A stretch of DNA of 64,000 bases, from positions 203,364 to 267,363 of the forward strand of contig CAIOPG010000017.1 in NCBI GenBank assembly GCA_903860135.1. The letters run 5' to 3'. The number at the start of each line of letters is the position of its first letter. Positions within the stretch are counted from its first letter, which is position 1. Positions 54,447-64,000 of this stretch are shown here, piece after piece. The translations under genes were made by a program, and so were the position numbers. Under the pieces are notes generated by a model. It did not search any database. It was not told where the DNA came from and worked only from the letters and a program-made list of their open reading frames with translations. The stretch is from Candidatus Omnitrophota bacterium (GTDB taxonomy: Bacteria; Omnitrophota; Gorgyraeia; Zapsychrales; Fredricksoniimonadaceae).

Positions 54447-57400
54447 TTCTTCCCCCTTTTTATAATTACACTTGAAACAACTTTCGGCTTCATGACCATA
54501 TAATAGATCACCGGGATCGCTGTGCGTGAAAGTAGCGTCGAGGCGATCTCGCCGGCCATCAACGATAATGCCAGCCCCTGGAAAATAGGATCGAATAAAA
54601 TGACCGACGCCCCAACAACCACGGCAGCCGCCGTCAGGAGCATAGGCCGAAAACGCTTGGCCCCTGCGTCAATGACCGCTTCCTCGAGCGGCACCCCTTC
54701 CTTGATCCGCAGTTCAATGAAATCAACAAGGATGATCGAGTTACGCACCACGATCCCTGCCCCGGCGATCATGCCGATCATCGAGGTTGCCGTAAAGAAC
54801 ATCCCGCTCATCCAGTGCGCCGGCAGTATGCCTATCAAGGTCAAGGGGATCGGCAGCATGATGATCAACGGCGTCTTGAACGATTTAAACCAGCCCACGA
54901 CCAGCGTGAAAATCAGAATAAGCACAATGGCAAACGCTATCCCCAGGTCCCTGAAAACCTCGAACGTGATCTGCCATTCCCCGTCCCATTTGATCGACCA
55001 GCGGTCATCGGTTTCAGGCTGTCCCATAAAAAGGACATCCGGGTGAACCTGTGCTTTGGGATTCAACGCTGGCAAAGGCAGCCTGTCGAGCCCGGCGTTT
55101 AAGCCAAGCATACCGTACACCGGACTGTCAAACCGACCCTGCACATCACCGATCACGTATGTTACACGTTCCAGGTTCTTGTGATAAATGACATGCTCTT
55201 TCATGACCGGATCAACCGTGACCAAATCCTTGACAGGGATGCGGCTTCCCGAACGCGCCAGCACGGTAAGATCAAGAACAGCATCGAGGGTCATGCGTTT
55301 TTCCCTGGGCAGGCGCAACACGATCTCGAGCGGCTCATTTTCGTTCGATAAATGGGCCAGGTCCGCCGTCTCACCCTGAATAGCACCGGCAATGATCTCA
55401 GCTACCGCATTCACAGCGATCCCATTAAGGAAACAGGCCTGCGCATTGATCCTCAAGCTGTAAAGCTTTTCCTGACGCCCGACATAACTGTCCACATCCG
55501 TGACACCAGGGTCGCTGTTCAACAGCTTTTCTACATGCGCCGCCAGATGACGCTGGCCTGCGAGCGTCGGCCCATAAACTTCGAGCACCAGGGTGGAAAG
55601 GACCGGCGGCCCGGGTGGCACTTCCGCTACCTGGACATGGCCGCCATGCTTGAGGACGATCGCGTGGATCCCCGGGCGTAACGCGGCGGCGATCGCATGG
55701 CTCTGGCGACGGCGTTCTTTCTTCCCGGCAAGATTGACCTGAAGATCCGCCTGCCATGGCTTGTCGCGCAGGAAATAATGGCGCACCAGGCCGTTAAAAT
55801 TATAAGGCGCGCTCGTGCCAATATAGGCCGTGATATTCTTCACCTCGGGGGTGGCCACAATGTAGGCGGCGAGCTCCTCGATCACAACCCGCGTCTCTGC
55901 CAGCGGCGTTCCTTCGGGCATATTCAGGACAACCTGAAATTCATCCTTGTTATCAAACGGCAGCATCTTGGCCTTCACAAGTTTCAGCGGCACCAGAAGG
56001 ATCGACCCCGACAGAAGGACCAGCATCACCATGATAAATATCTTGCGTACCCGCGCCTGATAAATAAGCGGCTGCATGTACGAACGGTATATGCGCGTCA
56101 GCAGATCATCTTTTTCCCCCTCCGCCCCGTGATCCTTGAGCGACCCCTTCTGCCAGGCGCCCCCGAGGATCCTGTAAGCAGCCCACGGTGTGGCCACGAA
56201 AGCCACGATCATGGAAAACACCATGGCCATGCTGGCGCCGATAGGGATAGGGCGCATGTACGGACCCATAAGCCCGCTGACAAAAGCCATGGGCAGGATG
56301 GCGGCAATGACCGTCAAGGTCGCAAGGATGAGCGGGCTCTGGACTTCCTTGAAGGCTTCAACCGTAACCTCCAGAAGGTCCCGCCCCTTATTCCTGGACA
56401 TGCGCAAATGGCGGACAATGTTCTCAACACCGACGATCGGGTCATCCACAAGGATCCCGATGGAAAATATAAGCGCGAAAAGCGTGATGCGGTTCAGGGT
56501 GAACCCAAGGAAATAGAATCCGGCCAGGGTCAATGACAGCGTCATCGGGATCGCGATGGCCACCACCGCTGATTCGCGCCATCCGAGCACCAACCCCATA
56601 AGGAGCGTCACGCCCAGCACAGCCAGCCCCATATGAAAAAGGAGCTCGTTTGATTTCTCGTCGGCCGTGGCTCCGTAATCGCGGGTCACGGTCCAGCTGA
56701 CATCTGCCGGGATCACGCTCCCGCGCAAGCCCTCCACTTTTTTAAGGATCTGCGCGCACAGGCGTGAAGCATTGGCCCCCTTGCGTTTTGAAACAGCCAA
56801 TGTTACAGCATCCACCGGCCCGGGAGCACTGGCCGCCCCGATAGCACCAAAACGGATATTCACGGCCGACTCTTCTTCATCGGCGCCGTCCACCACGCGC
56901 GCCACATCCTTGAGATAAACCTCCGCCCCCTGGCTTACGCTGATCACAAGATTTTCAAGGTCTTCTCTCGAACGAAAAAACCCGTCGGCTTCCACATTCA
57001 CAAGTTCCGGAACGCTTTCCAGATGCCCGGCAGAAGCTTTGACATTGGCCTGGCGGATCAACCGGCTTAGATCCAAAGGATTCAGGAATCTTGCCTTGAG
57101 CTTGTCCGCGTCAAAGAAAACCTGGAACTGGCGTTTGCGCCCGCCGGTGATCATGGTCTGGGAAATATCGGGGATCACATTAACGCTCGCCTGAACATCC
57201 GTTACCAACTTGCGCAAGCGCACAGGATCTGGCATAGAACTGTGAAATGTGAGAGTCAGCACCGGAACGTCATCAATGGAGCGCACCTTGATCAGCGGCT
57301 GAGACCCGCCCTTGGCCAGGACATCAAGGTTCGAAGCCACCTTGGTATATAATTTGATGAGGCTCTTTTCCATGTCTTCCCCCACACGGAAGCGCACCGT

Positions 57401-57697
57401 AATCACAGCGCCCTCCGCCTGGGTCATGGAATAGACATACTCCACCCCGCCGATCTCCCAAAGCTTGCGCTCACCCACGTTGACAATGCGCCGCTCCACT
57501 TCCTCGGCCGTCGCGCCAGGGTAAGCAACAAGCACATCAAACATCGGAACCGAGATCTGCGGCTCTTCTTCCCGGGGTAAATTAATAACCGAAAGGACAC
57601 CGAGGAAAACGGCAAAACCGATGATCAGCGGCGTTACCTTTGACCTAACAAAAACCCCCACGACCCGGCCGATAAAACTTTCCTGGTAAGGACTCAA
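54443..57697 (-). CDS. efflux RND transporter permease subunit (AcrB/CzcA superfamily)
   Basis: 1084 aa, 12 TM helices with two large periplasmic loops, typical N-terminus. Confidence 0.85.
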   Translation of the reverse strand: MSPYQESFIGRVVGVFVRSKVTPLIIGFAVFLGVLSVINLPREEEPQISVPMFDVLVAYPGATAEEVERRIVNVGERKLWEIGGVEYVYSMTQAEGAVITVRFRVGEDMEKSLIKLYTKVASNLDVLAKGGSQPLIKVRSIDDVPVLTLTFHSSMPDPVRLRKLVTDVQASVNVIPDISQTMITGGRKRQFQVFFDADKLKARFLNPLDLSRLIRQANVKASAGHLESVPELVNVEADGFFRSREDLENLVISVSQGAEVYLKDVARVVDGADEEESAVNIRFGAIGAASAPGPVDAVTLAVSKRKGANASRLCAQILKKVEGLRGSVIPADVSWTVTRDYGATADEKSNELLFHMGLAVLGVTLLMGLVLGWRESAVVAIAIPMTLSLTLAGFYFLGFTLNRITLFALIFSIGILVDDPIVGVENIVRHLRMSRNKGRDLLEVTVEAFKEVQSPLILATLTVIAAILPMAFVSGLMGPYMRPIPIGASMAMVFSMIVAFVATPWAAYRILGGAWQKGSLKDHGAEGEKDDLLTRIYRSYMQPLIYQARVRKIFIMVMLVLLSGSILLVPLKLVKAKMLPFDNKDEFQVVLNMPEGTPLAETRVVIEELAAYIVATPEVKNITAYIGTSAPYNFNGLVRHYFLRDKPWQADLQVNLAGKKERRRQSHAIAAALRPGIHAIVLKHGGHVQVAEVPPGPPVLSTLVLEVYGPTLAGQRHLAAHVEKLLNSDPGVTDVDSYVGRQEKLYSLRINAQACFLNGIAVNAVAEIIAGAIQGETADLAHLSNENEPLEIVLRLPREKRMTLDAVLDLTVLARSGSRIPVKDLVTVDPVMKEHVIYHKNLERVTYVIGDVQGRFDSPVYGMLGLNAGLDRLPLPALNPKAQVHPDVLFMGQPETDDRWSIKWDGEWQITFEVFRDLGIAFAIVLILIFTLVVGWFKSFKTPLIIMLPIPLTLIGILPAHWMSGMFFTATSMIGMIAGAGIVVRNSIILVDFIELRIKEGVPLEEAVIDAGAKRFRPMLLTAAAVVVGASVILFDPIFQGLALSLMAGEIASTLLSRTAIPVIYYMVMKPKVVSSVIIKRGKK

Positions 57698-59091
57698 CGT
57701 GCGACCTCCTTTAAGAGAACAACATTATCCACGCTCAATTCTCCGGATAAAAATAACAGGCGGGCGCGCGCGAGGCGTAACCCGGCCATGGCCTTTTCAT
57801 TGGCCTGGACTGCCTGCCAATAAGCCATGCGCATCTCCATAAGATCCACGATCGATTTACGCCCTTCATTATAAAGCGGCTCCATCAGCAAAGCCGCCTC
57901 CCGGGCGTCATCGGCCATCGCCTGAAAAACACCCCTGTTATCGCGCAATGCGGCGTAACGCGCATGCTCTTCAGCCTGCGCACGGCGCAGATCATCCTTG
58001 ACCGTTTGAATTTCTGATGCCAGACGGGCCCTTTGGGCAACGGCTTCTTTCAGGCGACCGGAACGGCCGGGATCAAACAACGGCATCTGTGCCCTGACAC
58101 CCACCGTGAAATTATTCCCGCCGGGCACCGCGAGCCTGTCACGGTCATTGACCGCGCTCGCGAAAGCGCCAAGGCTCGGCCATGCCGTTGAACGTTCCCG
58201 GCGAAGATCGCTATCCAGTGCCTCCAGGCGGGCTTCGAGCGCCAATATATCCGGGCGCCGATCGACCCCCCCGACGGCCCCATCACGCGCTTCACCATCG
58301 GGCACGTGCCCATCACCGGCCAAAGGAACATAGCTCCAAACCCGATTTCCTGATTCTCCCATCAAAATATTCACAAGCACCGCCATGGCGTGCTTCTGGC
58401 GCTCCATATCATGGCTGAGACGCATGAGCTCACCGTGCATGACCCGTGCCGCATAATAATCAGCCCCGAGGATCATGCCGCGCTCCTTGAGTTCCACGGC
58501 CTTGTGCATATCAGCAGCAGCACGGCGCAAGACCTCCTCGAGAACGAGCGACAACCTGTCGAGCGTCAAGGCATTCACAAAAGCATCCTGGGCCACAAGC
58601 AGCGCCTCCATGCGCGTAAATACCTCGGCCATGCCCCCCGCCTTGACCTCTGCCGCCGCAGAACGCGCACGGTAGATCGTCTGCATGGCATCCCACAAAG
58701 GGATCTCGGCGTGCACCCCGGCGGCAATATCCTGATGACGGCGCGGCGTATTCAAATGCTTGAGATCAAAATCCGACGCTGTAAACCGCTCCTGGCGTAA
58801 AAGCATCCCGAACACATTGACCGGTTCCTCACTGACCTGATACCCGGCAGATAAATTCAGCGACGGCCAAAACCCCGCCTTGGCCTGCATCTGCCGCCCC
58901 AACGCAACCTCCACATCAGCATGCGCGGCTTGAAGTGCCGGATAATAGGCCACAACCTTTTCACAGAAACGCTCGAGTGTCAGGCTTTCAGCCTGCGCCG
59001 CAACAGGCGTCATCCCGTCGGCGTGAACTGCCGGCATCAACACCAGCAACAAGCCTGCCCACAAAAAGCACATCCTTTTAAAGATCACCAT
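57694..59091 (-). CDS. TolC-family outer membrane efflux protein
   Basis: Signal peptide, two-fold repeated alpha/beta TolC architecture, 465 aa. Confidence 0.75.
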   Translation of the reverse strand: MVIFKRMCFLWAGLLLVLMPAVHADGMTPVAAQAESLTLERFCEKVVAYYPALQAAHADVEVALGRQMQAKAGFWPSLNLSAGYQVSEEPVNVFGMLLRQERFTASDFDLKHLNTPRRHQDIAAGVHAEIPLWDAMQTIYRARSAAAEVKAGGMAEVFTRMEALLVAQDAFVNALTLDRLSLVLEEVLRRAAADMHKAVELKERGMILGADYYAARVMHGELMRLSHDMERQKHAMAVLVNILMGESGNRVWSYVPLAGDGHVPDGEARDGAVGGVDRRPDILALEARLEALDSDLRRERSTAWPSLGAFASAVNDRDRLAVPGGNNFTVGVRAQMPLFDPGRSGRLKEAVAQRARLASEIQTVKDDLRRAQAEEHARYAALRDNRGVFQAMADDAREAALLMEPLYNEGRKSIVDLMEMRMAYWQAVQANEKAMAGLRLARARLLFLSGELSVDNVVLLKEVAR

Positions 59092-59231
59092 GGCCTTCCC
59101 CCCGAAAATTGAATATCAAGAAAATCTCTAACACCCTTCATCCATCGTAATATCTGGATAATACATTTATTGCGTGCGCTTGTCAACCCTTGCCACCCAA
59201 GGATACCAGCCTTACCAATACCTGATTTTTT

Positions 59232-59567
59232 TTATTTAAGAAGACCGTTCAAACGCCGCGTCGAGGAATCATCCATGGCCGTGAAATAAATGGCAAGACC
59301 CTCCCCCACAACGATGCGTGAAATGCGTGCTTGGCCATGAACAGCAGGCTCGGCATGAACAGGAGAACACTGGATAGAAAAACCAACTTCATCATTGAGT
59401 TTAAGATAAACAGTACTTTTCATCGTAATAAAAGCACTCTTCGATGACAGATCTTTTAACAACCCGTCGATCGTCAACTGCGAACCGACGCTGATCTTCG
59501 CCGGAAGCTCCACGCCGACGCGCGACTCCAGTCGCTGCTCGTCTGATTTCCTTAAATAACTCATCAC
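59232..59567 (-). CDS. PilZ-domain protein (tentative c-di-GMP receptor)
   Basis: EQRLESR (RxxxR) and DLSSKS (DxSxxG-like) motifs, 111 aa. Confidence 0.4.
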   Translation of the reverse strand: MMSYLRKSDEQRLESRVGVELPAKISVGSQLTIDGLLKDLSSKSAFITMKSTVYLKLNDEVGFSIQCSPVHAEPAVHGQARISRIVVGEGLAIYFTAMDDSSTRRLNGLLK

Positions 59568-59579
59568 GCCTCCTGCGGA

Positions 59580-60221
59580 TTAATAATTCTCGACCCTGAG
59601 TTCAAACACAGACTGCGGATTCTGGCACACCGGACACGCCCGGGGCGCCTGTTTGCCAATATGAATATAACCGCATTCGCGGCAAACCCACGCGGCCTCG
59701 GTATCCTTCGCAAACACCTGGCCTTCCTTCACATTCACCGCCAGCTTCCGAAAACGATCTTCGTGCTCTTTCTCGACCTTGGCCACCATGCGAAACTGAT
59801 TGGCGATCTTGACAAATCCTTCCTTCTCGGCGACATCAGCAAAATGCGGGTAAATATCCACAAATTCCTCATGCTCTCCATTGGCCGCGGCCACAAGATT
59901 ATCGAATGTCCCTGCCACGATCCCCGCCGGATAAACCGCCGTGATCTCAACCGCACCACCTTCGAGGAACGCAAAGAAGACCTCCGCATGATGTTCTTCA
60001 TTGTGTGCTGTTTCCAGAAAGATCGCCGCGATCTGGTCAAAACCGTCCTCTTTGGCAACCCCGGCGAACATCTTGTACCTGTTACGTGCCTGCGACTCCC
60101 CCGCAAACGCCTTCAGCAAATTCTTTTCCGTTTCAGTCCCGCTCAGGGATTTACCATTTTTGTAAGCTGTAAATTTCTCGCGTAATTCTTTTTTCATACA
60201 GCAGTCTCCTGATATATTCAT
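59580..60221 (-). CDS. rubrerythrin (ferritin-like diiron domain + C-terminal rubredoxin-like CxxC..CxxC)
   Basis: E..H diiron motifs (ETAHNEEHH), C-terminal CRECGY...CPVC. Confidence 0.8.
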   Translation of the reverse strand: MNISGDCCMKKELREKFTAYKNGKSLSGTETEKNLLKAFAGESQARNRYKMFAGVAKEDGFDQIAAIFLETAHNEEHHAEVFFAFLEGGAVEITAVYPAGIVAGTFDNLVAAANGEHEEFVDIYPHFADVAEKEGFVKIANQFRMVAKVEKEHEDRFRKLAVNVKEGQVFAKDTEAAWVCRECGYIHIGKQAPRACPVCQNPQSVFELRVENY

Positions 60222-60272
60222 TAACTGATATTATATAAGATATAGCGATGACACGCCCCTGTCAATGCCAAC

Positions 60273-60304
60273 ACAAAAAAGCCGCCACATTAAACTGTGA
60301 CGGC
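60273..60304 (-). terminator. rho-independent terminator downstream of vapBC (stem GCCGTCACA..TGTGGCGGC followed by TTTTTT on minus strand)
   Basis: Hairpin plus U-tract read on minus strand. Confidence 0.45.
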
Positions 60305-60409
60305 CTTTGGCATCAAAAAATTATTCTGGGAATCGTATCAACCCCAAAAAACCTGCCCATCAACAACTGTGAGATAATTTTCTGCGTAGCGTACATTCCT
60401 TGCCAATAA

Positions 60410-60832
60410 TTACTTAAACGGATCAATGATCCTAACCCCGTCTATACATCGGTCGTGTTGCATATCTTCAGAATAAACGACACGGCATCCGGCTTCACCG
60501 GCAGCAACAAGGATCAGCGCATCATAAAATGAAAAACCGGTTTCTTCACTCATATTCAGCGCGCGGGTATAACTGGCAGCTGTGGGATAAACAGCGCATA
60601 AAGGCAGCAGAACATCCTCCAGATACATATGTATATCCCGTCGGTTCAACTTGACCGCAAATTTCTTGATAGCGACATTCAAAAACTCCTGGACTACCTG
60701 TGAACTGATCAATCCTGCATCATGCTCCATGGCATCGTCGATGAGTCTCACCGCCTTCTTCTGCTTGTCCGGAGCCGCATGATCAAAGCTGTAAACAAGA
60801 ATATTGGTGTCCAGAAAATACTTAGCGCTCAT
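60410..60832 (-). CDS. vapC: PIN-domain ribonuclease toxin VapC
   Basis: YFLDTNILVY start, conserved acidic residues, 140 aa. Confidence 0.75.
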   Translation of the reverse strand: MSAKYFLDTNILVYSFDHAAPDKQKKAVRLIDDAMEHDAGLISSQVVQEFLNVAIKKFAVKLNRRDIHMYLEDVLLPLCAVYPTAASYTRALNMSEETGFSFYDALILVAAGEAGCRVVYSEDMQHDRCIDGVRIIDPFK

Positions 60833-61040
60833 TTAATTCTTCCCGCGTAAATTTCTTCCCCGGCGAGGCATAGGACAATTTCTTCATCAGGTCGCGGTAT
60901 TTTCCATCGCGCCCCTGACGGACATAGCCCGTGATCCATTCACGAAAAAGGACATTCAACACCTTCCGCTCCTGCACCGCTTTCTCGCGCGCTTTACGTA
61001 ACAACAAAGGTTCAACTGTAAATGTTACATTCGTCAACAT
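60822..61040 (-). CDS. vapB: VapB-like antitoxin (~72 aa; longest ORF to 61271 unlikely)
   Basis: GAGGAGG RBS before ATG (MPMLTNVTFTVEPLLLRKAREKA...); stop overlaps vapC start by 11 nt. Confidence 0.5.
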   Translation of the reverse strand: MLTNVTFTVEPLLLRKAREKAVQERKVLNVLFREWITGYVRQGRDGKYRDLMKKLSYASPGKKFTREELNER

Positions 61041-61358
61041 AGGCATCCTCCTCAATGAAATGTACACGAAGTTCGTGCGCCTGTCAAGATGCCCCAAGCT
61101 GCTAATGGCAAATAGTAATAACTCAGCTCGTGGAAGGACCGTCAACAGATCAATCGAATGAAACATGGGTGGAGGGCAACCAACAACGGTGACCACTCCT
61201 CGACCAACCGCAGGTTCTGTCAAAATTAACTCTTTCCCTGAGCTCCACGCGAGTTTGGGAATCCAAACCACAACATTCGACTATAACTCTTTGGAAATCC
61301 GATCGATGATTATCCGGGGTTGACTATCGATATTTTTTTAATACCTGCTAATATCTTC

Positions 61359-61391
61359 TTGACAAGCTTAAAAAACGATCTAAAGTATATA
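61359..61391 (+). promoter_or_regulatory. candidate sigma70-like promoter for rrf2 (TTGACA ... TAAAGT/TATATA)
   Basis: TTGACA at 61359-61364 and AT-rich -10 candidates ~30 nt upstream of rrf2 ATG. Confidence 0.3.
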
Positions 61392-61418
61392 AAATCAATA
61401 GACATAATAGGATAGTAT

Positions 61419-61859
61419 ATGAAAATCACACACAAGGGCGATTACGCATTGAAGGCGGTCTTGGATCTGGCTGTCCACTACGACGAAGGGGTTGTCACTA
61501 TCCAGGCGATCGCCAAACGCATTGATGCGCCTTCCAAATTCCTTGAACAAGTTTTATTGGAATTAAAACGCGGCGGGTTTATCGAGAGCCGCAGGGGGAA
61601 GATCGGCGGCTATATGTTGTCCAAACCTCCCCAGGATATCACGCTTGGAGAGATCATACGCTTCGTCGATGGGCCACTTGAGCCCATTGCCTGTGTCAAT
61701 AAAGGTTACGCGGACTGCCACGACCTGCACACCTGCGTCTTTCGGCCCGTCTGGCAAAAAGTATTTCAGGCAACATCGGCCATTGTCGATCACGTTACCT
61801 TTGAAACACTGGCCCGGGAAGTCAAGGCTTCCGAGAATATACCTACTTACTCGATTTGA
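61419..61859 (+). CDS. Rrf2-family transcriptional regulator (IscR/CymR/NsrR-like; C-x6-C-x5-C cluster present)
   Basis: MKITHKGDYALKAVLDLA N-terminal wHTH, CVNKGYADCHDLHTC. Confidence 0.8.
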   Translation: MKITHKGDYALKAVLDLAVHYDEGVVTIQAIAKRIDAPSKFLEQVLLELKRGGFIESRRGKIGGYMLSKPPQDITLGEIIRFVDGPLEPIACVNKGYADCHDLHTCVFRPVWQKVFQATSAIVDHVTFETLAREVKASENIPTYSI

Positions 61860-61870
61860 TATTTACAGTG

Positions 61871-61916
61871 CGGGGACACGTACCCAATACAAAGGGCGTA
61901 TGGGGTACATGTCCCC
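61871..61916. terminator. long hairpin (15-bp stem, one mismatch) between convergent rrf2 and metY; possible bidirectional terminator
   Basis: cggggacacgtaccc ... gggtacatgtccccg. Confidence 0.35.
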
Positions 61917-61923
61917 GTTCTAA

Positions 61924-63231
61924 TTACAACGCTGATCGTTCAAACGCCTGTCCGATATCCCACAATAGATCGTCGACATTCTCAGTACCGATCGAGAACC
62001 GGATCTGTTCGGGTTTGACACCGGCGAGGCGTTGTTCGGCTTCGGTCAACTGGCCGTGCGTGACGGTGGCCGGATGCACAACGAGCGACTTTGAATCCCC
62101 GACATTAGCCAGGAATGAAAAAACCTTCATGCTCTCGATGAATTTTTTTGCACGCGCAAAGCCACCCTTGACGCCGAAAGCCAGGATCGCCCCCGGTCCC
62201 TTGGGCAGGTACTTCTTCGCTAACGCATAATACGGGCTGGTCTTAAGCCCGGGATAATTGATCCAGGCGACCTCAGGATGTGCCGCCAGATATTCAGCGA
62301 TCCGCTGGGCACTGGCCACCTGACGCGCAACGCGGAAAGATAACGTTTCAATCCCCTGAAGGAAAAGAAACGCATTGAACGGGCTCATGCACGCGCCAAA
62401 ATCACGCAGGTAATGCAGGCGCACCTTGATGATATAAGCGATATTGCCGACACCGGGATAATTGCCCCAGCGATCCCAGTGAATGAACCCGCTGTACGCC
62501 GGATCAGGCGTCGTGAAATCCGGAAACTTGCCGCTCTTGGCCCAGTCAAAGTTACCGCCATCGACGATCAATCCGCCGATGCTGGTGCCGTGCCCGCCGA
62601 TATACTTTGTGGCAGAATGCACAATGATATTGGCGCCATGATCAAAAGGCTTAAAAAGATACGGCGTGCCGAAGGTGTTATCAACGATCAGCGGGATGCC
62701 ATGCTCGGCGGCGATGCGCGCGACCTTTTCAAAATCAATGATGTTAATATCAGGGTTGCCAATGGTCTCAATGAAGATCGCCTTGGTCTTTTCATTGATC
62801 GCCCGACGGAAATTCTCGGGATCGACCGGATCCACGAGGCGCGTCTTGACCCCGTGCTTGGGCAGGGTGTTCTGGAACAGGTTGAAACTCCCGCCGTAAA
62901 GGGTTTTCGCCGCAACGATCTCATCACCGGTATGGGTGATATTGAGGATCGCATAGGCGGTAGCCGCTGAACCGGACGCAACCGCGAGGGCTCCTGTGCC
63001 GCCTTCAAGTGCCGCAATGCGGTTTTCCAGGACCTCGCAGGTCGGATTGGTGATACGGCTGTAATCAAAACCGAATTCCTCGACGGAGCTGATCAGCCTG
63101 GCCTGCTCAAAATTCTTGAACACGAAAGAGGTGGTCTGATAGATCGGCACCGCCCGCGCTCCGGTCACAGGATCAGGCACCTGCCCGGCATGGACCTGCA
63201 GGGTGTCAAAATGTAATTTTCTCTCGCTCAT
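61924..63231 (-). CDS. metY: O-acetylhomoserine aminocarboxypropyltransferase / O-acetylhomoserine sulfhydrylase
   Basis: Cys/Met-metabolism PLP family, N-terminus MSERKLHFDTLQVHAGQ, 435 aa. Confidence 0.85.
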   Translation of the reverse strand: MSERKLHFDTLQVHAGQVPDPVTGARAVPIYQTTSFVFKNFEQARLISSVEEFGFDYSRITNPTCEVLENRIAALEGGTGALAVASGSAATAYAILNITHTGDEIVAAKTLYGGSFNLFQNTLPKHGVKTRLVDPVDPENFRRAINEKTKAIFIETIGNPDINIIDFEKVARIAAEHGIPLIVDNTFGTPYLFKPFDHGANIIVHSATKYIGGHGTSIGGLIVDGGNFDWAKSGKFPDFTTPDPAYSGFIHWDRWGNYPGVGNIAYIIKVRLHYLRDFGACMSPFNAFLFLQGIETLSFRVARQVASAQRIAEYLAAHPEVAWINYPGLKTSPYYALAKKYLPKGPGAILAFGVKGGFARAKKFIESMKVFSFLANVGDSKSLVVHPATVTHGQLTEAEQRLAGVKPEQIRFSIGTENVDDLLWDIGQAFERSAL

Positions 63232-63803
63232 ATTTTCTCCTTACCTGTGTAGTGTGATGACCCGGCGAATGCCACTTCCGGCTGGATTTGATACGCATCG
63301 AGTGCTTCATCAAGATCCACCTGCAACGCGCTGTTAAAAACATTATTCACGATCATGAGCGCGCCCAAAACCGTCAACTCAACGATCTGGGCGGGCGTCA
63401 GGAATGCCTGCAATGACTGAAAAAGGGCATCCTTCACGCGATTGGGATCCGCCGCCAGCTGACGGCCAAAAGCGACAACAGCTTGGTCTTTCTCGTCGAG
63501 CTTCAGATCACGCGGATCTTCGCCGCCTTTTAAGATCGCGCGGTTCATGTACGTCGCGCACAGGGTGCAGGCATTCTCGCGTGAGATCGCGTCGCAAAAA
63601 AGGATGGTGCGGCGCTCGCCGAGCACCGGCTTGACCTTGTCGTAAAGGGTGTACCATTCAAGCACAGCCTTTAATGCCGCCGGTGAATGCAGGAGCGTGG
63701 CTTTCATATTCGACACAGCCCCGTGTTTGGCAACGACCTTGTTATATTCCGCCTGAAGCTCCGGCGATGCGCTCTCATATTGAATGAGCGGTATACGTCC
63801 CAT
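63228..63803 (-). CDS. carboxymuconolactone decarboxylase (CMD/AhpD-like) family protein
   Basis: 191 aa all-alpha, conserved Cys pair in ISRENACTLC. Confidence 0.55.
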   Translation of the reverse strand: MGRIPLIQYESASPELQAEYNKVVAKHGAVSNMKATLLHSPAALKAVLEWYTLYDKVKPVLGERRTILFCDAISRENACTLCATYMNRAILKGGEDPRDLKLDEKDQAVVAFGRQLAADPNRVKDALFQSLQAFLTPAQIVELTVLGALMIVNNVFNSALQVDLDEALDAYQIQPEVAFAGSSHYTGKEKI

Positions 63804-63818
63804 AGGATCTCCTTATTT

Positions 63819-64000
63819 CTTTATTGCTGATGCCTTAACCGCTTTAACCGCCGCGCCAACAGCCTCAATGACAATTGCCGCGATGCGGTCAATATCCTCA
63901 GCACTGATCACCAACGGCGGCGCCAGGCAGATCACATCATCGAGCACACGCGTATAAAGGCCGCGCTGAAAAAGCTCCTGCCGCACGCGTTTGCCGATCC
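63819..64000 (-). CDS. class-III aminotransferase, C-terminal fragment (gene continues beyond window)
   Basis: ...IGKRVRQELFQRGLYTRVLDDVICLAPPLVISAEDIDRIAAIVIEAV... typical AT-III C-terminus. Confidence 0.5.

Noticed and set aside
55697-56536. 279-aa plus-strand ORF antisense to the RND transporter gene
   Set aside because: Same antisense low-complexity signature (H/R/P/D runs). The RND gene on the other strand is unambiguous.
1-64000. Search for tRNA, rRNA, integrase, transposase and IS terminal inverted repeats
   Set aside because: None recognised by eye. No DDE or tyrosine-recombinase motifs appear in any frame, so the accessory blocks cannot be called mobile elements.

Overview
The whole 64 kb window is bacterial chromosomal sequence, about 90% of it coding on the minus strand. 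There are no rRNA, tRNA or CRISPR features and no transposase or integrase. Its organisation is as follows: (i) housekeeping genes at the left end (metW-metX, nadA); (ii) a tightly overlapped 9-gene lipid-like biosynthetic operon with a MarR regulator (3.2-13.0 kb: radical SAM/SPASM, SDR epimerase, KAS, PurM-like ATPase, DAG-kinase-like lipid kinase, Spt/BioF-like alpha-oxoamine synthase, ACP, OYE reductase, UbiA prenyltransferase); this is the most novel-looking system in the window; (iii) miaB and an MBL-fold hydrolase; (iv) an AT-richer accessory block (14.4-24.3 kb) with a RhuM-Doc/Fic toxin-like gene, a TPR protein, a three-gene operon of secreted repeat proteins, a degenerate hipBA module and a recurring ~40 bp intergenic motif; (v) a two-partner-secretion operon (TpsA with GLUG repeats + TpsB) flanked by cysC (APS kinase) and two arylsulfotransferase-like beta-propeller paralogs, with an ABC-F ATPase and YgiQ radical SAM upstream; (vi) a second AT-richer accessory block (37.5-42.7 kb: twin DUF4143 AAA ATPases, XRE antitoxin with decayed partner, YhcG/DUF1016 nuclease, poly-C tract); (vii) three ABC ATPase/permease pairs under a YtrA-like GntR regulator; (viii) PilB/GspE-like ATPase, CvfB, RND pump + TolC without adaptor, PilZ, rubrerythrin, vapBC; (ix) sulfur amino-acid genes at the right end (Rrf2 regulator, metY, CMD family, partial class-III aminotransferase). 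Gene calls are by eye from the six-frame translation and motif recognition. No database search was possible.
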